From the NCBI GenBank assembly GCA_964016885.1, contig OZ024746.1, forward strand, positions 87,978,001 through 88,042,000: a DNA stretch of 64,000 nt, in the 5' to 3' direction. This stretch comes from Eledone cirrhosa. Its lineage: Eukaryota. Positions 1-12,368 of this stretch are shown in pieces (the stretch's first letter is position 1; each line of letters begins with the position of its first letter). The translations under genes were made by a program, and so were the position numbers. A model generated the notes under the pieces. The model was not told the origin of the DNA. It saw nothing but the letters and a program-made list of their open reading frames with translations, and did no database searches.

Positions 1-538
1 TACTGGTTCAATCCATGTTCAAAAAACATAGGGGATCAATCACTGGCTAACATTACGCATTTTCCTATTAATTGTGGTACAATCGGAAATGTTGTTCGTA
101 ACACACTGAAACACACACATACACATGCAGACGCACGCGCATACACACGTAGACCCACGTTAACAGACACGCACACACACACAGACGCACACATATATAC
201 ACACACATATCTATCTATATATATATATGTATGTAATACAATAACAGAGATAGCTTTAAGCTAGACTCTGACTGCTAACCATCTCACTCAACAAACATTA
301 GGTTATATGTTAGTATAAACCTAATTTAAGTGTTTGGGGTGCTAACTATATGTATTATGTGGAAAGCCAGTTGTATTATTTTATGAGATATAATTAAAGT
401 TAAAATATATCTCTATATATATGTATATAAATATATATGTGTATATAAATATATATGTATATATACACACAAACACACATACGCACTCACACACGCTCGC
501 ACACACATATGCCCCCACACAAACACATAAATATATAT

Positions 539-720
539 AATTGTTCCTACTTTTGGCACAAGGCCAGCAATTACTCAGTGCATTACTGGTACTTTATTTT
601 ATCGACCCCGTAAGGAGGAAAGGCAAAGTTAACCGCGGCGGAATTTGAAATCAGAATGGCAAGGGCCGTCACTCTATGCGTCAAAGCATGGCGTCCGACC
701 CTCTACCGATACTGCCAAAT
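539..720 (-). mobile_element. tRNA-derived SINE (major family), near full length
   Basis: Reverse complement matches the 2792-2979 copy (TGGCAGTATCGGTAGAGG A-box-like; core CCTTACGGGGTCGATAAAATAAAGTACCAGT; tail GCCTTGTGCC..AAGTAGGAACAAT). Confidence 0.9.
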
Positions 721-1027
721 GTAATATATATATATGTATATATATACATATATTCAACAAAACATCCGTCGGATGGAACAACGAAAGAGTGCCCTGTCTA
801 AATCCATGTGCTTCTCACACTTAATATGTATTCTGCCATCTTAGCTATCAAGACATAGGTGTGGCAGCGACTCAAGTATGTACATGAATGTGTAGAATGT
901 ATGTAGATGTGGAACGTCGACATGTAATTAATTTGTTTTTTTTTACGCCAGATGAATGTCACCTACGCGTTGCCAATTTCCCTAAGCATTAAAACCTTAT
1001 AAAACACAATATATATTACATACATAT

Positions 1028-1084
<57 letters not shown>

Positions 1085-1092
<8 letters not shown>

Positions 1093-1662
1093 ATACGTAC
1101 ATACATATATGTATACAGACGTGCACACATATATACATACATGCACACATATATAGATGTACGTATGGATTTACCGAACAATTATTATAATGCCTGTTGT
1201 GTTTTTGAAGCAAACATCCCGAATTAAGGCGTACAGTGTTTAGCAACCATCGTTGCTCTTTTGTTCAACACTGACAAAGGAACGATGTACTATTTCAACC
1301 TTCCTGCAAGATGATTGAATGTCTGAAAGTATATACTTCCCTTATGCATATTAACGGCTAAGCAGCCTAATGTGCATATCGAGTGAGTTAATCTGCCGGG
1401 CGCACCGATAACGATAAACGGATAAAATGAAACGAAATTTCCTTTCTCACTCTTAGTACGGCTGTTACTTACATATAAGTATGTATACGTACATACATAT
1501 ATGTATACAGACGTACAGCAGTGTGTATACATATACATACATGCACACACATATATATATATATATATATATGTACGTATGGATTTACCGAACATTTATT
1601 ATAATGTTCGGTGTGTTTGTAAACAAACATCCCGAATTAAGCCGGACAGTGTTTATCAACCA
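1085..1662 (+). repeat. Dispersed ~400-440 bp repeat in partial tandem (about 1.4 units)
   Basis: GTATACGTACATACATATATGTATACAGACGT at ~1091 and ~1483; GTACGTATGGATTTACCGAA at ~1159 and ~1573; related copies at 42235-42435 (-) and 54420-55105. Confidence 0.85.
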
Positions 1663-2791
1663 TCAAAAGCATAAGACAACCGAAATCAACTGAAAACATT
1701 ACTCACCAATGCCAAATTACCTACCACAAACCCACAACCAACTGTCAAAAAATGTGGTCGCTTAATGGTGGAACCTGCACTCATCTCATTGAAGACAACA
1801 TGGATACATTTAAATCAGGACCAAATTTTGCTGTAAAAAAATCACTTCAATTGCTCATCAAAAAATCTAGTTTATGCCATTAAACGTAAAGGATGCAATG
1901 AATATTATATAGGATAAACTAAACTCGCACTCAGAAATAGAATGACAGTTCATCGCCAACAATTACGAGATCCAACCACGAGACATATACTACTAAGCAC
2001 ACATCTAGACATTTGCGCAAGTAATAAGACACCCACATTCCAAGTCTTCCCATTTTACCTTTGCGCTGACAATACAACAGGACAAATACGAATAAATAAG
2101 GAAAATATGTTTATTAAAAAATATAGACCAGCATTAAATATGGTTTAATATACATTATGTCAACATCATAACATGCTAACCATCCAAACAGACACATACA
2201 CACACACATAACACCTTCTACTTTAGAAAATAAAAACCCGAACTAAATAAACCTTAACATACTTTTGCGCTGACAACACAGCAGAACAAATACGAGTAAG
2301 TAAGGAAAATATGTTCATTCAAAAATATTCGTACTAACGGAATCACCCCCCCCCACACACACACATGCACAATATATATTCTCTTCATCTTAACATGCTA
2401 ACCATACTCCCACACACACATAAAACCCATACACCCACACATAACACCCCAACCCTCACACAACACTTCCTCCCCCATTTCTACTAATAGAATCACTTTC
2501 CTACACACACACACAACATATATATATTCTCTCCATCTTAACATACTCCCACACACACACACACACATAACACCCATATACACACACACACAATTCCCTC
2601 CCCATTCTACCAATAGAATCATCTTCCTACACACACACACACACACAGAGTCAAACACACAAATAAACATACATATGTCTACCTTCTTTATTTCAATAGA
2701 AAATCTTAACTCTGACACACCAGCGAACTACCCATATTCACTGAAACAGAATAATTCTCCCATCCCATTTCTCATGACCATTATTTTGCTT

Positions 2792-2979
2792 CGGTGGATT
2801 GGCAGTATCGGTAGAGGGTCGGACGCCATGCTTTCCAGCATAGTTACGTCCCTTTACGATCTGAGTTCAAATCCCGCCGAGGTTGACTTTGCCTTTCATC
2901 CTTACGGGGTCGATAAAATAAAGTACCAGTAATGCACTGGGTAATTTCTGGCCTTGTGCCTAAAGTAGAAACAATTATT
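2792..2979 (+). mobile_element. tRNA-derived SINE, full length with target-site duplication
   Basis: A box TGGCAGTATCGG, B box GAGTTCAAATCC; 12-bp TSD ATTATTTTGCTT at 2780-2791 and 2974-2985. Confidence 0.92.
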
Positions 2980-3019
2980 TTGCTTGTCATAACATTCTCC
3001 AAATAGCTACAAAATAAAT

Positions 3020-3445
3020 AATACGGGTGCGGAACTTGTTCACGTGACAGTCATAATTTCATTTATAACCAATCAAATGGAATTTTTTAAAAGAAGCCTT
3101 CGTGAGCAACTTTTTTTATTGTCATGAAATTCTCTAAAAGTCTACAAAACAAATTCCGAAATACGGGTACGACATTTTACGAACTTGTTCACGTGACCGC
3201 CCTAATTTCATTTATAACCAATCAGATTACATTTTTTTAGAAAAAGCCTTCGTGTGACCCCTTTTTTAAGTAAAAAGTAATTCCAACACTCATATATGAA
3301 AAAAACAATTTGAGCAGCCCCCCCCCCTCTGTTTGAAGAACTTTGTAACGCGAGCTGGCGCGAAATTTATTATACTTATTGACCAACCAATCAAATTACC
3401 TCTCTTAAAACCTGGCGTTTCGAGCCACTTTTTTCACTATAAAAC
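3020..3445 (+). promoter_or_regulatory. Putative pLTR promoter: duplicated E-box + CCAAT module, third CCAAT, TATA
   Basis: CACGTG at 3041 and 3190; CCAAT at 3069, 3218 and 3387; TATAAAA at 3438, ~70 bp upstream of the hammerhead. Confidence 0.5.
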
Positions 3446-3506
3446 AAGTAACATTCAAAGACCAACCAGATGTGAGAAAAACCACAGACCCTCCATCTCA
3501 ACTCTA

Positions 3507-3542
3507 CTTCTGAAAAGCAGAAGAACTGCGAAACCGGTAAAG
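3507..3542 (+). ncRNA. Minimal type I hammerhead-like ribozyme (core variant CUGAAAA)
   Basis: ctt-CTGAAAA-gcag aagaa ctgc-GAAA-ccgg-TA-aag; palindromic stem III. Sister copy on - strand at ~7400-7440. Confidence 0.7.
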
Positions 3543-3626
3543 GAACCAAATAAAAGTATATATTTAAAAAGAAATAAGACTCCAGTTGCATTTTCGATTT
3601 CATCTTTTTTTCTTTATATATATATT

Positions 3627-3694
<68 letters not shown>

Positions 3695-3721
3695 TGTGTG
3701 TGTGTGTGTGTGCGCGTGTGT

Positions 3722-3915
3722 GTTATTCCAGTTAAGATCCGTTAATATCTCGTTCCTGGAAATGTCAATATTTATGACACACACCTTGTATTTTATCTGA
3801 TGAGTGCTTACCAAAGTTTCGGTACCCTAGAAATATATATGGTTTTATAACTGTTTAAAATATTTAATCTCTTACGATTGTTTCATCCTAACTCAAGGCC
3901 GGTTTCATCGATGTA
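3722..3915. mobile_element. PLE-terminus relic with degenerate hammerhead(s)
   Basis: ttttat-CTGATGA…GAAA-tata at ~3793-3840; homologous to 40125-40250; 3870-3910 resembles the 5753 and 12572 HHR family on the - strand. Confidence 0.5.
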
Positions 3916-4185
3916 TATAATAAAGGTTGACAAGCAAATATAATATCAGAAGTTTGTCATAAGAACATTAGGAGGATACATACAATATAAACGAATAACG
4001 CTGTTACTACTAAATGTGTGGCGCATATAAATATCCGAATGAAACAATGTGAAAAAATTATGATGTTCCCGAAGAATGGCATCATATTAGATTTTGTCGC
4101 ATATCGAATAAATATATAGTGTCATAGTTATATACACAATGAGCAATGTAAACAAATAACTTCACCGGCTTTGTTTGCACATTGT

Positions 4186-4255
<70 letters not shown>

Positions 4256-5077
4256 TGTCCTGTATTTGGGTGTGGGTGTGTGTGTTTGCATCAATATGCA
4301 TATGTAGTCTATTCTTGTGTAAGCGTCTTATTTCTAACAGTATCTAATAAATGCAAGCCAGAAATAGTCACAAGAATATTTGTATCTGAATTGATAAGGA
4401 TGTCTGCGGTTTATCAGTTTCCGCCACAAAGTTATAACTATTATTGTCCTCTACTAACAATTTAGAGTTTTTATTTAAGTCTGATTGTATGATAGGAGTC
4501 AACAATTACATTAGCAACGTGAACGACAACGACTCTGAGGAAATCATTGAAGAAAAGTGAAATAGTAAAAGAATAAAAACTATTCAAAATAAATGTATAT
4601 AATAACAATAAAATCTAAGAAGTTTACACAATATTTCAGTCTTCTGACCAAATACATTTCCTGACTTAATAGCAGACGATTGAATTTCCAATTACTTCTG
4701 TAGAACGAGGATGCAAATGTAGAAAGAAAAAGAAAACATTTGATAAAGATTTTGGTTCGAAGCGTTCAGGAGATGAACTTATCAGTTTCAATCAAATGAA
4801 TCAAATATATAATCCAAAGAGAAATACTAAAGTGAAAATAAAATAGTAAAAATAAATTAAGTTCCAATAAAAATGAACGCATTAGAATTGCATTTCTTGC
4901 TGCTTAGATTCACTGTTTTCCTAATATTTATTTTCACACTACATTAAGTAAGCTATCAGTCATACATCTATAAGTGACGTGTATGTGCAGTAAACACACT
5001 ATGAAATGAGCCTTATAGATAAATATAAACACATGAAGCTCTCTCTCTTATGATATGTATGTATTATATATATATGA

Positions 5078-5149
<72 letters not shown>

Positions 5150-5168
5150 CATATATATATGATTATGT

Positions 5169-5276
<108 letters not shown>

Positions 5277-5328
5277 AAAAAATGACGAGTAACATGGTGC
5301 GTTGTACAATAAGGGGCTTTATTTCAAC

Positions 5329-5436
5329 TACTGACAATTGTTTCGTTGATCAGGTGAGTCTAGAGGTCGCTAATCGCTTGAAGTTGCGTCATCGATCTCC
5401 AATATGTTATTTACCTCTGGTCAACACATCAGAGTA
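5329..5436 (-). ncRNA. Hammerhead-like ribozyme with long stem II insert
   Basis: - strand: tact-CTGATGT-gttgaccag…~70 nt…ctgatcaac-GAAA-caattg-TC-agta. Confidence 0.65.
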
Positions 5437-5547
5437 CGTAGATATCTACAGGGTTATCTACGTTAAAACTACTATCCACGACGAAGAGTATTCACAACCT
5501 CTAACTGGATTACTATTAACGATAATTTCTTATCCCATATATATATA

Positions 5548-7150
5548 TAATATTAAGGATACTATTTATGTTTATGTATATACTAAAACTTTCTATAGTT
5601 ATATATATTTTCAACCCTAAACAGTGAAGGTCAGTAATTAATTACTACCTTATTACCAGTAAGATACATAGCTCAATGTAATAACATCAGTTGTTCTACA
5701 GAGCAGTTATATAGAATTCACAAGAATCAAAGCTATGTTCAAAGCATTTATTAACTTACAATTGTTTCATCCAAACCTAGGCTTGGTGTCTTCGGAGCAT
5801 TTTTCAATGTTTGTACACATGATTGACCTCCTTTCCAACGCAAGAGACATACAGATACATATGTATATATTGATGTACAGTGGAGTGACATATATTATAT
5901 TACTTCCGTATAGCAATTCAAATTCAAAGTCAAGATCAATAACAAAATTAAAACAAAATTAAAATACATTCGGCAGTTAACATAGATAATGCAAGAGGAT
6001 AGTTTGTTAGTCAGATGTAGTAGTTATTGTATGCGTTAGTTATGTGTGTCTCATTTATATATGATTATTGTGTGGCAGCGTGTTACATGTAATACAAGCA
6101 CTTTATGTGGGTAAGCAAGAGTATTATGGAGGTTGCAGTGGCAAGGTATTTTTTGTATATGATAAAAAAGTATGTGCGCAGAAAAATAGAAATAAAAAGG
6201 AGAAGAAAAAGAGAGTTATGGTTTTCGTATCCACCACCATTTTCACATTCAGGAAATGTAATATATAGTTGATACATCCATCACATAATTAACGATGATT
6301 CCGTATTGGATGTCTGATGCATTAAATTAAATTATTTTAGCTTATTGCGGCTCAGTGTTCTTTTATCCAATTGTATAGGGTAGGTTGTTTCTGTTGCGAG
6401 AATTTACATCGGTTTATTATCCGGAAGTATGTGTGTAATGCGTAAGGGGAGGTAACTAGCTGATTTTCATAATTAAATTATTGTTCTAGCATACATTATA
6501 AGGTGTCTAAATTGAGTCCCTTCTATAGACGGATATATATTTATATCCAGTTTCCAATTTTAAACACAGTCTACTCTATCATGATGTACTAAATGTATTT
6601 ATATTAGGATGATAACTCCCTATCATAGAGTGCTACAACTGGATATTCCATACAAAGAGCCACATCTTTATATCAAAGTTCCCTGCAAATGTAGTCTACT
6701 CATAGAACATGTCAGGGGATCTATTAGTACTATGTCTACATAACTCCTGGTAAGTTCTGGAGCAGCGTATGGCTGTCTGCATTGCAAATCCAAATACATC
6801 TCTATGGCAGACAAAAACATCCCTCATTTACGATGTCATTAATGTATCCATCAAGTTGTATTTGCATATATAACTCACTTCCCATTCATACACAATTCAT
6901 TGCACTCAACATATAGGTTATACAGATCTCTTATGTTAATAAATTAATCTTATATATATCCAATGTTATCACTACATACATACAAATACATTTGCATAAA
7001 TAATCCATTGTCGAATCTGGTGTTTAAATCTTACATAGACTGTATTGTATAGTTATAAGTGATACCCTATGAACACCCACCCCTAGTACCCTCAACTACT
7101 ATATAATTATCAGCAGTTGAAAGTAATTACCCCAAAAGTAGGTGCTCATG
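5548..7150 (-). mobile_element. Highly decayed Penelope-like element (RT and EN traces, 3' UTR, HHR terminus)
   Basis: - strand traces DVFGFAMQ, PELTRSYVDIVLID (YVDD-like), VFKI…YIR and ILATETTY; terminus 5548-5900 is homologous to 12366-12715; HHR at 5753-5800. Confidence 0.55.
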
Positions 7151-7240
7151 GGGATATTTCTAGGGTGTAAAGTTATAGACATATGGTATGAATTGTGTTG
7201 AGATAGGGTGGATTAGAGAGGGTGGAGATGTGGTGTAAGG

Positions 7241-7321
<81 letters not shown>

Positions 7322-7330
<9 letters not shown>

Positions 7331-7475
7331 AAGAAAAACAGATGAAATCGAAAATGCAACTGGAGTGTTATTTAAAAAATATACATATATATTTATTTGG
7401 TTCATTCACCGGTTTCGCAGTTCTTCTGCTTTTCAAAAGTAGAGTTGAGATGGAGGGTCTGTGGTTTTTCTCACA

Positions 7476-7478
<3 letters not shown>
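7322..7478 (-). mobile_element. Solo copy of the 3470-3612 PLE terminus between TA tracts
   Basis: Reverse complement of TGTGAGAAAAACCACAGACCCTCCATCTC…GATTTCATCT. Confidence 0.85.
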
Positions 7479-7537
<59 letters not shown>

Positions 7538-8063
7538 TGTTATTCCGGGTTGAATCGGAGCTAACCACAATAAGTAAGGTACTCAATACATAGCTGAGTA
7601 TAAATGTTTTAATGTAGAAAAGTTTCTACATGGCAAGAAGTGTTTCATTCATGAGAAGTCACCAGGAAGCTGGATGTCCAAGTAAGTGGTTTTATTTATA
7701 TATCTTATTTTCTGGTGGTAGGAGAGGGTGGGATTGGGATGGTTGAAGGATTTAAAGAAAAGGGAGTTCATTAAAAGCTAATTCTTTAAAGCTATAATAT
7801 TAACAAAGGATGGGTGAGGTTCATTGGTTTAAAGAAAAGGCAAATTATTTAGAAGCTAATTGTTTAAGGCTGAAATAAGTGTGTCATTAGCTTTTAATTA
7901 ACTCCATTTTCTTTAAATCCTTCACCAAATGATCTCCACCCAGCCCAATTCCCACCCTCTCCTACCACAAGAAGAAAATATGTATAAATACCACCATTTA
8001 CTTGGACAGCCAGCTTCCTGATGATTTCTCATGAATGAATCAGTTCTAGTCCTGTAGAAGCTC

Positions 8064-8068
<5 letters not shown>
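7538..8068. mobile_element. Palindromic HHR-bearing PLE terminus (family A)
   Basis: Arms ~7620-7830 and ~7880-8065 are inverted; + strand HHR 8012-8062 agcttc-CTGATGA…GAAT-cag ttctagtc ctg-TA-gaagct; tail TTATTCCGGGTTGAATCGGAG shared with 55665-55720 and 59925-59990. Confidence 0.8.
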
Positions 8069-8138
<70 letters not shown>

Positions 8139-8344
8139 AACTATATATATATATATTGCTGAGAATACATACTAACCAAATATGTGTTTTCGTCGATACA
8201 CAGATTAATCTTGCGTGCAACATCTGTCCTCAGCCTTCTTGGAAATTGGAACTTGAAATGTAATCCCGTGGAGACGTCTTTGTCCAAACTTCTGCGTTTC
8301 GAGGCGCTTTGCACGATTTTCTCATTTGAAATATAGAATTGTTT

Positions 8345-8527
8345 CTACATTTGTTTCAAGCCCAGAAATGACCTCAGTATATTACTGATAATTTTGTTAT
8401 CGCCCACATAAAGATGAAAGGCAAAGTTTAACATCGGCGTAAATTGAATTCAGAAAGTAAATGGCCATAAGTGTATGCTGCAAAGCAAGGTGACTGGTAT
8501 TCTACCTATACTGCCAATTCACCGCCC
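8345..8527 (-). mobile_element. Old diverged SINE copy
   Basis: GATGAAAGGCAAAGTT…TGAATTCAG…ATACTGCCAATTCACCGCC. Confidence 0.7.
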
Positions 8528-8566
8528 TAATTTGTTACCTATATTGATCGGCTATTATTATAGTCA

Positions 8567-8945
8567 CTAGCCGAATTACCCGCGCCTTGCTGCGTTTCAC
8601 ACATCTTTTTTTTGTAAAAAATGATGATTGATTTTAAATCAGTGACATAATTTATGGAGGAAAACTCTGCATTTCAATATTACTCAATGTAAAATATAAT
8701 GCATGAAAAATTGGAAACCATTATTTTTTGTAACATATCAAATCAAAATAACGTTATGAAATCTTACTCTGATTTTGTTTCTTGTAAATATTTTTTTTTT
8801 CAAAATATCAATTCAAAACATTTGAGAATAATCATCATATCTTGTCATTTACCTATGGTTCAAATTTCATATAAATCGAAGGGAAAAGATTTTCAGCGGG
8901 GGTTTGTGCCCCAGGAGAACCCTTTGACTAAAATGAAATATATAT
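8567..8945 (-). mobile_element. Probable non-autonomous Helitron
   Basis: - strand ends …CGCAGCAAGGCGCGGGTAATTCGG-CTAG|T: a GC-rich hairpin about 10 nt before terminal CTAG followed by T. The 5' end is uncertain. Confidence 0.5.
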
Positions 8946-10429
8946 ATATACACACCTGCGTTTGTGTGTGTGCGTGTGTTATACACATTCATACATATAC
9001 AAGTATAATCCATTAAAGGAACTGTAAACATATAGAAAACTTTGTATGATCATACAAATCACAGATCATACAAATATAACACAGATCATACAAATCCACA
9101 CACAAAATAACATCCATAGCTTCACACACATGCACCTACAATAGTACACACGCATGAAGACACGTATTCTTATTTTTTACTTAGTTGATGATGCCTTAAT
9201 CCCAATGAAAGCGTTTTGTGTCTATATTAGAAATCGGCTCTATTAGAAGAGAGTTATAAAATAATGTAACCAGAACATACCTTCCTTCCTTCACTCAAAA
9301 CCCTCACTTCTCAAATAACTTCAAATTAATTATCTTAGCCATTTGTTTATGTCACGACATTGAGTGCGTATTTTATGACACTGAATCACAGCACGAATAA
9401 TTGCTTCATCTCATTAACCTCAAACCATGCACAGTATCAAGCCATTTTCTTTTCTTTTTGTTTAATTTAGAAAATGTTTAATCCCAGAAATAAACATACA
9501 TGAAATATTACAATAGCAAAAATATTTTTAAAAAAGTAAAAAGTAAACATTTAATTAGCGAAAGAAAGGAAAGGTCGGGAGGGAGTGTCAGATTCTATAG
9601 CCCAGTCGTCGCAGTATGGATCAGCCGCCTGCCGCTATTAAAATGCCAAAGGCTATTGCAGCGGAGATTTCTAGTGGCAACTATTGCGTCAGCCATCCGA
9701 CCTTACATGATATCTACCTCAGGCAGAATGAACTATTGATTACACGGAGGATAATGACCGCCCCAAAAAGGAATTAATGCTAATTTCCAATAGAGACTGG
9801 CACGAAAAAGTACTTGTTCAGTTCACAGTATTTAACAGTTTTCATCTCAATCTTTTACTGGCGGTGATGTTCGATTTTTTTTTCTATGTACACATCTTTT
9901 AAGCGGAGTGTAATAGAGGATTACAGGACCGCCCTCGACAGCCTGTTGCGAATCACGGCGGTTGAAATGGTGTGTTGCGTAAAGGTGATAGCAGTAGAGC
10001 GATATAAGACACCATAGCCGGCTATTATAATCAGGATGATCTTCTTGTGTATATGGTCTTCTCTGTGTATTTTAGGTATACATGTCAGCGTTATTCTCCG
10101 ATGTCTTCGTATCAGTGTACTGCAAATGACGTCAGAACAGAATAATTCCGATGTCTGTGTGTCGGTACGCAGTAACGGGCTGGATTGAAGACTAGAACAG
10201 GAGGGACACCATGGATAATACCCAGCCAATTATTTTCCTGAAGACAGAATTTTAGATTTTGACCGAAGTGTTAGTAACAAGTTTGGTCAGGTGTCTTGAG
10301 GGGGTGTCACAAACTTGCGTGATCCGACCAATTCCATACACGGTAATTTCCACTTCATGCATAACACCATAGAGAAGGTAGCGAGGAAATTTTATCTTTC
10401 AAACGCATTCGATAGGATCGAAAATTGAT

Positions 10430-11272
10430 GCTTCAAGGCTGCCCACAAAACAGCCGGCTCTGGTTCAGTTACAAGAGGCTGGTTAGCAGCCAGGCATAGT
10501 ACCATATGCTCGGTGATAAGATTAAATTACTCTCCGGGGACATTGGAACATTTTCAAAATGTAGGCATGGCATTGCTACGGAGGGGCACTGTCCGTATGA
10601 GAGAAACCCTACAGGTACAGAAGTGATGTCAGATGGAAGACCCCCAGATGCACGCAGCGCGATGAAACGATTTGCTCGGACTCCTCCCGTTCCCGGATAC
10701 TGCTGAGCAGCAATTTTCGCGTATAGGACGCATCCGGCTATCGATGGATTCCGTCCTGAAGATAGTCCTGCAGCCTTCTTTAATCCTGGGGGAGGACACA
10801 CAATTTTCCTATGTATGGTGGTTGTTGTCGATAGAGGTTTTGTGGCGGACGTCACTGAAAGGCCTGAAGACATACTTTCCACTTTGGTCAAGGCCACGTC
10901 GGCTTTTTCAAATTACATTTGGCAAGGTGGTGTCGATGGGAAGTTTAGTCCCGTGCTTCAGTATATTTGTGTGCAGTTGGGTAAATATAGCAGGTATGGC
11001 CCGTGAGTATAGGTCCATGGTGAATACGTGCTTTTAGACTAGATTGTTGAGAGAGAAGGACACTTTCCCATGGTGGTCCTGGCAATTATGGCGCTTTAAT
11101 ATTTGTGAGATGCCTAAATTAAACCTGGGTGTTTATCACCCTTCCTGGGGAATTATTATTTAGCTGTTGTTAATTCTGACCTGCTATATTTTGTTTAACT
11201 TTTCTTCGTAAATCCCAGCTGTCCTTATTTTTGTATTGTCCTCTATGTTTCGGCACTAGTGGCTAATAAAAA
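10430..11272 (+). mobile_element. L1/Tx1-clade LINE 3' end (decayed ORF2 C-terminus)
   Basis: CYGGALSV*EKPYRY…PRCTQRDET (decayed zinc finger), then EQQFSRIGRIRLSMDSVLKI…LWRTSLKGLKT…WVNIAGMAR; 3' UTR ending GGCTAATAAAAAG. Confidence 0.75.
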
Positions 11273-11286
11273 GTATCACTTTATCA

Positions 11287-11388
11287 CGAGGTTGACTTTG
11301 CCTTTCATCCTTACGGGGGTCGATAAAATAAAGTACCAGTAATGCACTGGTAATTGCTGGCCTTGTGCCTAAAGTAGAAACAATTATT
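11287..11388 (+). mobile_element. 5'-truncated SINE
   Basis: GAGGTTGACTTTGCCTTTCATCC…GCCTAAAGTAGAAACAATTATT. Confidence 0.9.
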
Positions 11389-12194
11389 AATCGTAACATT
11401 ATCATAGTGTTTTTTGCTTTTAGGAATCCTGATGTTTTGACGAGGATTCGTAACTCTGTTTCCCTTTAACTTGGTTATTAATAATGTATATGAATAACTG
11501 TCATATTACTTTTTATATGCAGAAAAGCTTTGTAGCTGGAACATGATTTTTTCCTTGGTAGCAACAAGAAAAATGCATTGAAAGTGAATATTCCAATCGA
11601 AGAGAATCCAATTGACGCACACAAAAGGGAACTGCCGTTGATATTTTAATTTAAGTGTCCTTCAGAGAATGTGCAGTTTGACAGTTAATATATATAATTG
11701 TATCAATGATTTATTGTTTTTGTTTTGTCTACTCTGATTGCCTTATCAATAATAAATTACTTTTTACCTATAGTTCCAATTTATAATTCATCACGAGAAA
11801 TTTATGTTTTGACAGCTTCTTAGTTAACTTCATTTTGGGCAATATACTTTTCAGAATAATGTTATATAGCGCCAAAGAATATGTCTTTCAAAGTAAAATA
11901 ATTAGAGTGTTCATATCCTGATGATTCAAACAGGCATGTCTCAAATTGCAGCGAATTCGCTCTTTCCAATTCACAGCAAAGTTAAACAAAATATTGTCTG
12001 CTGTAATGTTCATTGACGTTTTCAATATTGTGATTTTTTTTTCTATAAAAGCAGCTAAAACCATTGTTAATGTATGTTTATTTCCAGTATGTTTAGACTA
12101 TTTTATTTTTGTGTTCATCTCCTTAGTCATATTTAATATTCCTTGCAGTTTTCACATCATTTCAAGGGACGAAATATTGGATTTGCTTTTCAAA

Positions 12195-12325
12195 AGAAAG
12201 GACCAACAAACTCGAAGTCCCAGGTTCGATCAATCACCGCAGATGTGTAGCTAGTGTAGTGAGCAAACATATATAGTTAATCAATAATTTAGGAATGGAA
12301 TTTCTTCAACAGACATTTTTGCAAG

Positions 12326-12368
<43 letters not shown>

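Larger units (their letters stand above)
1668..3612 (+). mobile_element. Penelope-like element 3' part: decayed GIY-YIG endonuclease, 3' UTR, pLTR with hammerhead
   Basis: Translation ~1850-2148 NCSSKNLVYAIKRKGCNEYYIG*TKLALRNRMTVHRQQ…KENMFIKKYRPALN is a GIY-YIG signature; followed by a CA-rich UTR, SINE insertion, HHR-like motif 3507-3542 and AATAAA, ending in (TA)n. Confidence 0.8.

Noticed and set aside
11422-11465. CTGATG…GTAA hammerhead-like string
   Set aside because: The core lies inside a competing hairpin and stems I and III cannot be formed.
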